Under the pieces are notes generated by a model. It was not told the DNA's origin and did not search any database. It saw only the letters and a list, made by a program, of their open reading frames with translations. Below, piece by piece: positions 25,996-37,860 of a DNA stretch of 64,000 bases; position 1 is the first letter of the stretch, and each line of letters begins with the position of its first letter. Source of the DNA: Narcine bancroftii (taxonomy: Eukaryota); assembly GCF_036971445.1 (NCBI RefSeq), contig NC_091477.1, forward strand, positions 21,638,001-21,702,000, given 5' to 3'. Made by a program: the position numbers and the translations under genes.

Positions 25996-27779
25996 TGAAT
26001 TGGAGCAATGAAGCTCTATGGTACCGTATGTTGTTCAAATTATCATTCTTCAAGTTCATCCCTGGAAAATGAAACTCAATCAGGTTGTTTGTAAATGCAA
26101 ACATCCAAAAGTAATCAGTTATTTGCTGTCATCTGCACATGGTTACATTCCAATGAGAACTCTGCTGGGTGGGGAAGAAATAAAATGGCCGGATTCAGGA
26201 AAGCAGAATTTCATAGATTCTTCCTATTTAAATTGAGTCTACATATTTGAATCTCATCTTGATTCCAGTTAATTCTATGTAGATAAGTGTTGCAGATGTA
26301 TGTACAAAGTAATTAAGAGAGAAAATCTGGCCTATAAATCTGATTTTGAGCTGAGTGAATGGCTTTGATAATATGCAATCAGCATTTTCACATGCAAATT
26401 TTGGAGAACACTGCACAAGGACAAAAAGCCTTATGTTAACTATTTATTTGAGAAGCATGGTTTATTTCATTCACACAGGGAAAGATTTTTAAGAGCCTAC
26501 ATTCTGTTCAACATTTTCAAATGTCCACCCCTTCTGAAGCATGATGGTAATTTTTGATTCATTAGACTGTTGGAAAATCAGCAACATATTTAATTTAACT
26601 GAAAAATGCATTTTTCATTTAATTCAATTTATTTTGATCCTGCTGCCACATTTATGTGAAGTTCAGTGGCAGAGCATCCAGGCAGCATCCAAAATTTGTT
26701 TCAATTCATTGCCTTGTTCACAAGGTCATCTTTTAAATTGTTTTCTCTGAATATGGTTTTCTATAAATTTCAGTCAATGTTAAATGAATAATTTGGAACA
26801 TTCATGCTTGTTACTTTATTGTAAATATTGTAAATTTCATCATATAGAACCCATGTCTATCTGTCTATAACAAAATCCATGGATCTCGTGACTCTTAATC
26901 TTATTTTCACAATATTTTATTTTGTAATGCAGATATTTTCATCTGCTCTATAGGGTCTGAACAAACATACAAATGAAATACTTGCTTCAAGTACAATATG
27001 TTTTCACTACAAAAGAAGCATTCTTTATCAACTACTTGTGCCAGAGGCTGGGAAAAGATTTTCATGTGCCAGAGGTAAAAGTCTAATGATGACAAGTTAA
27101 CTGATTTTCATAATGATAGATTATCACAGTAAAAATTGATATCATATTTATATTTTTCTCCTTCTATCAGGTAAGGGCAGGATGGGTTGTAATGAAAGTA
27201 ACATTTTCACATCACAGATAACAACTAATTAATCATGCTTCACATGTATCCGCTCGTGAATTAGATAAAAGATTAATGTGGTTTAATATGATAATAAAGT
27301 GTGTTTGCAGGTTATTTCATGTCTCCTGACATGGAGTAATACCAGTAGTCTCCTGTGCTTTACTTATAATTATCTCTAGCAGATACCAGGAAAGTTACAA
27401 CAATGATGATTTTTGATGATTTGATACTTTAATGATGTATCTTTACTTAATCCTGCTAATTATGTACATATGAAATTACCACTTTTTTTCTCTTTGAAAA
27501 TATGCCTTAATTATACAATTTACGTTCATTTTTCGCATGCTCATTACTTCTTGTTTTGAAGAATACATGGTATTGGTTTGACTCAATGTCTTTATTCATT
27601 GATTTTATATTCATATCTGTAACTAATGTGCCATTATTTCTATCTTCTGGTTTGCCTTTCAGTATAATTAATTTGGTTATTATGGACTAGTGCAACTCAT
27701 TCAAGTCAAACAAAATAACATTAGTTCAAGTACTGCAAACGTATGATTTCATCAATCTCTCTCTGCTCAATAAAGTCAA

Positions 27780-30130
27780 ACACCAAAATGCTGAAAGAAT
27801 TCAGCTGGTCTATTCAGCGTCTATAGGAGACAGATATATTGCCGACGTTTGGGTCTTTAAGGAATAAGCAGAATAACTCAGAAGCAGGAAGTCTCAGAAT
27901 TCAAACAATGGGGGAAGAATCTAGACCAACAAAAGGTGTTAATTGGATAAGATAAGGGACAAGGTAAGAATTTATCATGTCTGTGCAAAAGGAGACAGAG
28001 AATGGAAAGACATGGAGGAAGAAAGGGGCAGAGTGTTCAATGAAAACCAGAGAAGTCAATATTAATGTCATCCAGTTGGATGGTGCCAGGTCGGAAGGTG
28101 AGGTGTTGTTCCTCCAATTTATGGGTGGTCTCATTCTGGCAGTGCATGAGAACATGAACAGATATGTCAGCAAGAGAATGGGATGGGGAATTGAAATGAG
28201 TGGCCACTGCGAGATCCACACTATTGTTGTAGACAGAGCCGAGGTGCTCAACAAAGCGACCTTCCAGTCTGTGTCCAGTTTGAGGACACCACAATGGGAA
28301 CACTGGATGCAGTAGATGGCCCTTGCAGATTCACACATGAAATGTTGATTCACTTGGAAGAACAGTTTGTAGCCACAAATGGTGAGAGAGAAGGTGTGGG
28401 TGCAAGGTGAGCGTCTCCTGCGGTCACAAGGGTAGGTTCCAAGGGAACATTCAGTGGGAAGGGAGGAGTGTAAAGGGAAGTCACGGAAATAGTGGTCCCT
28501 GCGGAAGGCAGAGGAGGAGAGAGAAATATATGTCTAGTGGTGGGATCGTGTAGTAGGTAGTGGAAATGGCGGAGGAGGATGTTTTGGATGCAGAGGCACT
28601 TAGGTGGTAGGTAAGGACAAGAGGAATCCTGTTCTTGTTGCTCGTGAGGGCAGAGGGGGCCAGCACAGATGTGAGAGTAATGGAGAATGTGCGGGTGAGC
28701 ACTGAGTTGATGGTGGTAGATGGAAAGTCACAGTATTTGAAGAAGAAAGATATCTCTGATGATCTGGCATGGAAGTTCTCATCCTGCATGTAGATGTGAC
28801 AGAGATGGAGAAATTGAGAGAATTGAATGGAATCCTTACACAATTGGAAGAGGTGTACTGAGGTAGCTGTGGAAGTTAGTGGGTTTATAGAAGATGTCTG
28901 TCAAGAGTTTGTCTCCTGACATGGAGTCAGAGAGATAAGGAATGGGAGAATGTTGCTAGCGATGGACCAAGAGAATATGAGGATAGGGTGGAAGTTGGCA
29001 GCAAAGTGGATGAAGTCAATGAGCTCATCATGAGTACATGAGGCAGCATCAAAATAGTAATTGATGTAGCGGAGGAAAAGGTATTTATGGGGAATGACCT
29101 GTGTAGGCTTGTAGCATGGATTGTTCCACGTAGCCAACACAAAGGCAGGCATAGATGGGGCCCATGTGGATTCTCATCATTACCCCTTTAACCTGGAGAA
29201 CGTGGGTTGAGTCAAAGGAGAAATTATTAAGGATGATGACAATTTTTGACAGCCAGAGGAGGGTGGTAGTGGAGGGGGACTGCTTCATCCAGAATGAAAC
29301 AAAAGGCTTTGAGGCCTTCAGTATTGGGGCCTGGAGATTATAGGGATTGGATATCCATAGTGAACATGAGGCAATGAGTTCGGGGAATTGAAAGTTGCTG
29401 AAGTGATGGAGCGTGTGTGAGTGTCTCGGAAGTAGGTGGGGAAGGAGTGGACTAGGGGGAACAAAACAGTCGAGGTAAGAGGAGACCAATTCGGTGTGGC
29501 AGGAGTATGCTGACAAAATGGTCTGCCAAGAGAATTGGGTTTGTGGACCTTGGGTAGGAAGTAGAAACTGGTGGTATAGTGTTTGGAAACAATAAGATTG
29601 GAGGCCGTGCCAGGGATACATTGGTTTGATGAGTTTTGGTGGGGTCCTGTTGGAGGGGTAAGTAAGAGGAGCTGACTTCAGCCAGTTAGAGGAGAGTGCG
29701 CAAGACCACAACAGCGCCACCCTTGTCTGCAGGTTTGATGGTGAGGTTCGGATTGGTGCAGAGTGAGTGGAGGACCAGGCATTCTGAGGGGGTGAGATTG
29801 GAATGAGTGAGGGGAGTGGTGAAGTTGTTACGGTTGATGTCATGGTGACAGTTAGAAATATAAAGAAGGCAGAAAGCCGGAACAAAGTGTCCAGGAGAAG
29901 GAGTTCAGCATCATGGAGTGCGCTTAACCCATTGAAGTGTGAGCAAAAGGGGATGAAGCAGAGGCCTCTATTGAGGACAGAGCATTCAATCTCAGAGCGC
30001 GTAGGTCAGAGGGGATGGTGAACACCAGGTAGTGGTTAGGGGGAGGTTGATGAAGGTTGGCAACCAAAATCCCAACAACACCATTCGCCCACTGTTGCTG
30101 CTCAACCCATTGAATTCCTCCAGTAGATTG
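27780..30130 (-). mobile_element. Degenerate Penelope-like retroelement (RT + GIY-YIG endonuclease)
   Basis: Frameshifted fragments: LNNFSFDSTHVLQVKG..MGPIYACL, RIPLVLTYH, IYCIQCSHCG, RLEGRFVEHL, VATHFNSPSHS, KLEEQHLTFR. Confidence 0.8.
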
Positions 30131-33100
30131 ATTTTTGAGCCAGATTCCAGCATATGCCATCTCCCATCTCTCCAATCATAAAATAATTAAATAGCATCCT
30201 GAAGTGAGTGGACTTTTTTGGGGGTGGGTGCTAAATATCACAGGGGTCTGTAAGACTTCAGTACATTAAGATAAACCAGCTAGACCATTAATAAAAAAGC
30301 AAAAATAAATAAATGTTTGCATATTAGCTGGCTGCATGGCTGTCTGCTAGCACTGTGGATACCCAAGAAAACCAAATATGGAGTGGTCCACATCATCATC
30401 AGGTATTTAAGGGAAATGACCAAATGGTCTTTCACTCAAAAGATTATGAACCACAGCACTACATTGTGAACTGTTGCAGTTTGTAAGTTGGGATCTCTGG
30501 AGCCTTAACCAATGCTGTATAGATTGGATTTCCAGACAAACTTGGAAATCCATTTGACATAGTCAGAACCTACTCACAAAATCATAAGGATACATATCTT
30601 TCCCAATTTTATTTTTTGTAATATTTTATTGGTTCCTATTCCCAGATAAATACTTCCTGCTTTTAATGCTTAATACATTCAATGTGTGAAGAATCTACAT
30701 TTTTACATGTACCCAAAAGATAAACTAAATGGAAAATCCAAATCTTATAGAAAAATCAAGCCATGCATTTATAGCAATAATTTGTATCATATTTTTCATG
30801 TGAGAAATTTTATCTTCTTATTTTAATAGCAACTATTCTGATGAACCCTGCTTCCTTGTGTATCCCTGATGAATAAGGTTTTATGATGTTTGTACATAAC
30901 ACCCAGCCAACAGAAGATAATCTTTTGGAAATGCATGATGTGACAAACCAATTGATTAACATTTGAGCATTCAGAGTAATTTAGATTTGCTCAGGAAAAT
31001 GCACTGAATGAATTGTATTAACAAATCAATAGCACGGGAAAAGATTTTCTGGTTAAAATAATGATAGACCATACATTGAGAGTTTAAGGTGACATCATGA
31101 AGCATAAAAATTGAAGCTAAATGAGTTTTCCATTTGTTCCAAAAATAGATGATTCAGAGACTCTCATATTCACAAAGTAAAATCTATTTATTTATTTGCA
31201 TATATGAATATTTGTTCTGCAAATGTATTGTTTGTATTATATCTGGTTGTGTGTCTGCATGTTTTGTATCGAGGAGCAGAGAATGCTCTTTCATCAGGTT
31301 ATACTTGTGCAATCAGATAATAATAAACTCAACATGATTTGACTTGATCGGTTCCTATTTATGTATTGCATAATTAGACTCAGGGTAATATCAAAATGTA
31401 TTTATCTGGTTATTACAATTAATATTAGTACTTCTGAAAGATATATATTGAAATCATTCTGAAGCACAGGCCCAACGGATCTGTGAAGAGAGAAACAAAA
31501 TTAGTGCTTTAGGTTGATGATCTTTCATCAAAAAGTTCAGTTAAACATTTCCAGGGTCAGGTTGCTTTGGCAGACAAGTCATGTTCGTCCTCCCAACAAA
31601 ACGACTACAACCCGAAACCACATCTGGAGTATAACATATGGTCTTGGGCTTCTTATTTGAGGAGGCATATATTTGTTTCGAGGATGTTCAGGGAAAGTTC
31701 TCTGGGATGATTCCTGGAATCCCAACCTTTGCCGATTACAAATCTTAGCACTCCAGGGCAATTCAAGAGACAAGCAAAGGCAGATATCTGAAGGTTGCCA
31801 GACATTTACCTTGATCCTATGCTGATGGAGGATTGAATTTTTAAATCCGTTGGTCCTTGCCCAACTGACACATCTTACAGTGTTGCAATAGCAGTCACCA
31901 TTTCAAGGCACAATGCCAGGGTGATGTTCCCTCCATACATTAAGTTGCTTGAGCCTTAGATCAAGTTACCTTTCAGGACTGCAGTTATCAGCTTGTCCCT
32001 ATTTAAAGACTGCACTTTTGAATTTGACACCATCAAGTCTGAGCAATTCCACCCTGACCTGAAAGAAATGGACATGTTCTATATTTGTCGATTAGCCCCT
32101 TGGTTAGATCTATTTTGACAGAATGGCTGAAATCGCAATTCACAGCATAAACATTTCATCCAATTAGCTCAAAGAATGGAGCATATGGACACTAAGTGCC
32201 CAGTCTATATATGAAATGATGGAAATACCCACTCTGATCAGGGATTGGAAGCACTGTTAATACAAGTAGAAGTGTTCTAAAGTAAATTAAGATGATCGTG
32301 TGAATAAAGGGACACTGAAGAAATGGATTGTGAATAATACACAAGACCATCTTCAGTGGACTTCAAGCCATACTGCAAACCCATCCTGCAGCGGATAGCC
32401 AAAATCTAAGCTTCCAGAAAAAGTAGGGTTTTGTTAAAGTTCAAAGTTAGATTTTCGTCAGAGTACATACATGACATAGCGTAAAACCCTGAGATTCTTT
32501 CTCCTGCAGGCAAGGCAGAATAACAACATATTGATAGTTAAAAAAAAGTGTACTCACGAAAATTCATAGACATGTAAACAAATAAAGAAATATTTTAAAA
32601 ATTGAATGTGCAATGCAGAGAGAAAAATAAAAAAGTGCAAAGTAAGAGTCCCTAAATCAGTAGTCTGATGGTCAAGGTGTAGCATCTGTTCTTGAACCTG
32701 ATGATGTGAGTCTTGTGGTGCCTATTACTTCTTTCCTATGGTAGCAATGAGAACAGAGCATGTGCTGCGTGATGTGTACCCTCGATGTTTGTTGCTGCTC
32801 TCTGATGGCAGCGTTCCCTGTAGATGGTGGGAGGGTTTAGCCTGTGATGTTCTGGGCTATGTCAACTACTTTTTCAGGGCTTTCCGCTCAAGAGTATAGG
32901 GGTCCCCATACCAGACCATGATGCAGCTGGTCAGCACACTTTTCACTACACATCTGTAGAAATCTGCAGACTTTTGTGTTTCACTTAACAATCACCTGCT
33001 TGGTTTTGGTGACATTGAGTGTGAGGTAATATCCAATAAAAGACTCCATAACATGTGTGAGAGGTCAAGCTATCGTCAATTAGGATGCACAAGACAAATA

Positions 33101-33654
33101 AAACATTGATAAGCTTGCCTTAGTATTGAAGATCTTGCTCACTACCTAATCTTTTGGCGGTCATTTAAACACACATAATTCAATTTCGGAAATTCCAAAT
33201 GGATTTTGGATCATTTTTAGCCAGATAATTTTGCCCTTATTTCTGAAGGACAATAGGATAAATGAATGTGCCAACTACAATTATTTGACCACACTTCCAT
33301 GCTGAAATGGAGGGAGCCCTGAAACCTTTCCCTACTTGATTCTGCAATGCATAAACAGTTTCCTGCTATCCACCTCAATCAGGGAAAAAGTCTATTATAT
33401 CTACTTGATTAAGTCTTGCAATTAGTAATACAAGCAGTTGGGAGATTCACCTGAATGAGGCTCAGTTGACATATATTCAGAGGGTACATTCCTGCGATGT
33501 CAGATTCCAAGGACAGAATTGAATCTGGATGACCATATGGTGCCTGCCACTGCAGTTTCATGATGGCTCTGCTCTCCTTCCTGAGATTTTTTTTCTCTTC
33601 AGCCTTCCCAACCATATCCACCTATGGTTTTCAATGTGTTAGCCTGTACCGCTC

Positions 33655-33926
33655 TGCCTCCCCTACCCCTCCCCCTCCCCCTCCCTCCTCCTCCTCCTCC
33701 TCCCCCTCCCTCCTCCTCCACCCCTCTCCTACCCTTCCCCCTCCCCTACCCCTCCCCCTCCCTCCTTCCCCCTCCCCCTCCCTCCTCCCCCCTCCCCTAC
33801 CCCCTTCCCCTATCCCCCCTCCCCTACCTCCCCTCCCCTATCCCCCCTCCCCTAACCCTCCTCCCCTCCCTTCCCCTCCTCTCCCTCCCATTCCTTCTCC
33901 TCCCCCTGCCCCACCCTCCTCCCCAC
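33655..33926. repeat. Low-complexity polypyrimidine (C/T) tract
   Basis: Irregular (CCT/CCCCT)n sequence with almost no G. Confidence 0.95.
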
Positions 33927-35299
33927 CTTTTTACCTCATACTTTGACAAAGGGCTTACATTGATTACCCTTTTCCTTCCAAGAGATGCTCGCACTTTAGT
34001 GTATTGTACTACAACTCCAGTGTCTGCAGACTTTTCGGTTTTAACTGTAATTTTTACTGCTGGTTATAGATGCTGTATTAACTCATTACCCCCACTTGAG
34101 GGTGCTCTGATGCAGCAGGGACATTCAAAACCAAGCCAGATTTTGGATTTTGTTTCACAGTTGCACGAGTCCTGTATTGTTTAAGATACTGGATACAGAT
34201 GTTATTTTATTATCTAACATTATTTTGCCTAGAAGTCTTAGTGTCTTTTGTTCAGTGTAACCCTGTTGCATCTTCATAGTTAACAACAATTCAAATGCAA
34301 AGCTGATATCAACTGGTAGGTAGAGATTCAATGATCAACTAAGAGTAGGAAATAAAGAATCTTCTCAGCAGTTCATACATTGTGTGTAGAAAGTGTTAAT
34401 GGATCAGATTTTTGTGACAAAATTGTCAGTAAACTGTGGACACTCCAGAAATGTGCATTAAAATCATTCATGAACCTCATTACAGGTGGCTGCCCATGAT
34501 TTCTAACTGGACCTTGATGTTAGACCTTTCATGGAGCCCAACAGCAGAACATTATCTTAATGGTTACAATGGGAAATTTGCTAATCTTGTCCAAGGGTGG
34601 ACCTGCCACAGATTCAGTGGCTCCATTAATTGCAAGGGAGAGAAGTGTAAGATATTTTAATTAATTTAGTTAAAAAAAGTATTCAGCTGTTTAAATTCTC
34701 AATATTTTGAGTACATTTTATTATTTGTTATTAAGTTTTGGGTCTCTTTAAATATTTGTAAATTTCAGGAAGTGTAATCAAACATCTACTTTTCCATTCA
34801 CTACCTTCTCACATCAACAACATGAGGCCATTAACTGAAGATGAAGAGTTTTGAATTTTACATATGACCTTTCTTTGCTGTGCCATTATGCCTTTCATTT
34901 AGTTTTCAAATGTAACTCTTGTTTAATGTTGTGCAGGATATAGGTCATGTTGACCAATCATTTCTGCCTTTTCTGTGATGCCCATGGTGAGAGTTCATTT
35001 AAAATCTGTGTAATCTATCCCATGATACTTTTGTGGAAATTTTAGATAAGAGCTTTTGAATTTTGACCATGAAAATTATAAGAATGATCATCTATTTCCA
35101 GGTCAGAATGGGATGTGACATGTCAAAGAACATGTGGTAGCATCCCCATATCCCTTCTCTCCTTGTCCTTTTCGGTGGTAGATTTTGCAATCTTTGAAGA
35201 TTTTGTGGCAGAATTTGTTGCAGTATATTTTGCAGATGGTACATAAAAGAGGATGGTGTGAGAGAGAGAGGGTGAGTCCTTTGGTTGGTGATCATGCAG

Positions 35300-37255
35300 A
35301 AAATCAAACAAGGTTCAGGAACAGCTGATACCTCTCCTCCATCAGACTCTAACAATAAACTCAATCAGGGACTCAGTTAAGGGCTCTTACTTTTGCAATT
35401 TATTGATTTTTTTCTCTCTCTGTATTGCAGTCAGTTTATTTACATTTCTTTATTTGTTTATATGTGTACCTATCTTCTTGAGTACAGTTTTTTGCACCTC
35501 CAATAAGTGCTAATTCTGCCTCACCCACAGGAAAACAATACAATCTCAGGGTTGTATGTGATGCCATGTATGTACTCTGACAATAAATCTGAATAAACAA
35601 ACTAAGCTCTTTACCAGATAGATGTCTAACTGCTTGCATATCGTTGAAGCTACAGAAAAAAATATTCCATATGAGCATACAAATTAAAGAGTTAGGAGTG
35701 AGATACTCAATACTTTCAACCAGATCTGTTTAACAAGATCATTTCTAATCATATTCTAATCTCCTCTATGCCATCATCCATTTGCTTATCAAGTATTTAT
35801 CTACATCTGCCTTCAAATATTCAGCTACAACTAACCTCTGTGGAAAAATTCCAAAATGTCTGAGTGAAATTTAATACTTTTTGATCTTTCTCTTTCCCTT
35901 CCTTTTCTCTTTCTAACACAAGACTCGCACCAAAAGGTTAAGGAACAGCTGCTACCCCTCCACCATCAGATTACTTAATAACAAACTCAATTAGGGACTA
36001 ATTTAAGGACTCTTACTTTTGTATTTTATTGATTTTTCCTCTCTGTATTGCTGTTGTGTGTGGAGGAGGCATGGCCTCCCTCCCTGTGTGTATTGTGGGT
36101 GGTCACGTGTCCTCCCCAACTGAAACTTATTCGGAAGATACATCACCTCTCAGTATATTGTGTACTTTTTGTTTAACTCAAAATTACAATTTATAGATTC
36201 AAAGTTACTGTGTGCAGGTGGAGTATCAGTTAAGGTTGGGCTCTGGCCATTAATCAGTGCACACCTTGCCATTGGCTCATTCAAATCACCTAACATCCTT
36301 ATTGACCAGAGCCCTGTACTTGGCACCAGCACAGAGCACATTTGCCCTCTCTACCTCAAGGTCTGAACTCCAGACACCACTCCATGCCAGGTCGCTACTG
36401 TGGATGTTGCTTGGCAGGGTTGCAGGTAAGGTGTGCACTCCACTATAGATCAAATTGCTATAGATCAAATTGTTGTAGATCAATACTTGCAATAGAGCCA
36501 CTGCTCCCAACCATCAGGTGTCTGGGATCATGTGTGGACCCCTAATACAGTGTGTATTAGAGCCACCTCCCATCAATCAGAGGTCTGGGAGGTGGTGTGG
36601 AACCCCTGCTTATAATGTGTGAATGTCTCCATTGCCTGTGTGAATTTGTAATTGTGTACTGTTTAATGTTTTCCCATGTTCTTTTATAAATGGTGTATTT
36701 TATTCTCATTACAATTTTCCCATGGTCTTCTATAAATTGTGTGTTAATAAAGTTGTGTGTGTGATTGCAAACCCTTGTGTCCAGATTTATGTCTCTGAAA
36801 ACCCACTGAACCTGACACTCTTTCACAACAACTGCACTGTCAGTTTCTTTACATTTCTTTATTTAACATGTGTGCATTGAGTACAGCTTTTTTTGAACTC
36901 AGCTGGTCCAGCAGCCCCTGGGATCTTTCCCAGTGATGCTGCCTCACCTGCCTCCCATCAAGAAAGGGATAGAGGTGCCACAAGACTTCCACCACCAGGT
37001 TCAGGAACACCTGCTACCTCTCCACCATCAGACTCCTCAACAACAAACTCAATCAGGGACTCATTTAAGGACTCTTACTTTTACACTTTGATTTTTTTTG
37101 ACATCTTTGTATTGCAATCAGTGTGTTTACGTTTCTTGATTTGTTTACGTCCACAGTTTTTTCTGCAATTCTAATAATTGATCAATTCTGCCTCACCCAC
37201 AGGAAAAAGAATCACAGGGTTGTAGGTATGCACTCTGACAATAAATCTGAAATCT
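35300..37255 (+). mobile_element. Three related LINE 3'-tail copies (35300-35590; 35920-36890 split by an LTR; 36970-37255)
   Basis: Repeated ggttcaggaaca..ccatcagactc..aaactcaatcagggactc..ctcttacttt block. Confidence 0.65.
36052..36830 (+). mobile_element. Solo LTR, family B, 670 bp upstream of the CYP ATG
   Basis: 7-bp inverted termini TGTTGTG/CACAACA; flanks attgc/actgc; AATAAA at 36746-36751; interrupts a LINE-tail repeat. Confidence 0.7.
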
Positions 37256-37419
37256 GCCCCCTAAAAAGACGTATACCATAGCAATCCTAACCTCAGCCTA
37301 TCAGAGACTCCTGCCCATATCCTTTCTCAGCATTCCTGCAATGTAATATTCAACTTGTTTTTAAATCCCCAATCACTGAAGATGAACCCGAGCTGGAGAA
37401 ACTCTTTGACTCTTCCAGC

Positions 37420-37499
37420 TGCTGTGACCCAGCCTCGTCTGACCTTTGACCTTGGCCGGATCGTGACGTCACCCTGCCGCGGCCCGTCGGCGAGGGACA
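37420..37499 (+). promoter_or_regulatory. CYP proximal promoter: DR1 TGACCTtTGACCT (37440-37452) and CRE GTGACGTCAC (37463-37472) at the start of a CpG island
   Basis: Exact consensus motifs within 60 bp of the ATG; the CpG-rich stretch runs through exon 1. Confidence 0.6.
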
Positions 37500-37860
37500 A
37501 TGGCGGAAGCTGCCGGCGTTTGCTGGCCGGCTGTCCTCTTTATCGCCGCTGTTTTCTTGTTGACCCGTTACGTGATGAAATGCTGGGCTCCGAGGCAGCC
37601 CAGGCTTCCCGCCGGCCCGCGGTGCTGGCCCCTGGTCGGGTCGCTGCCAGGCTTCGGCTGGAAGGCTGGTCTCCCTCCGCACCTGCTGCTCACCGCGATG
37701 GGACAGGCCTACGGCAGCGTTTCCAGCCTGTACCTGGGCAGCCGGCTTCTGGTGGTGCTGAACGGATTCCAGGGGGTCAGAGACGCCCTGCAGCGCAATG
37801 CCGACGTGTTCTCCGACCGGCCAACCATTCCCCTGATCACCAAAATAACCCAACGCAAAG
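37500..37860 (+). CDS. CYP2U1: CYP2U1-like exon 1 (TM anchor to ...[17 protein letters not shown])
   Basis: Strong Kozak context acaATGG, in-frame upstream stop at 37464-37466, donor AG|GTTAGA. Confidence 0.9.

Noticed and set aside
33560-34184. Proline-rich ORFs (extensin/formin-like)
   Set aside because: Translation of a low-complexity C/T tract with no splice or domain support.
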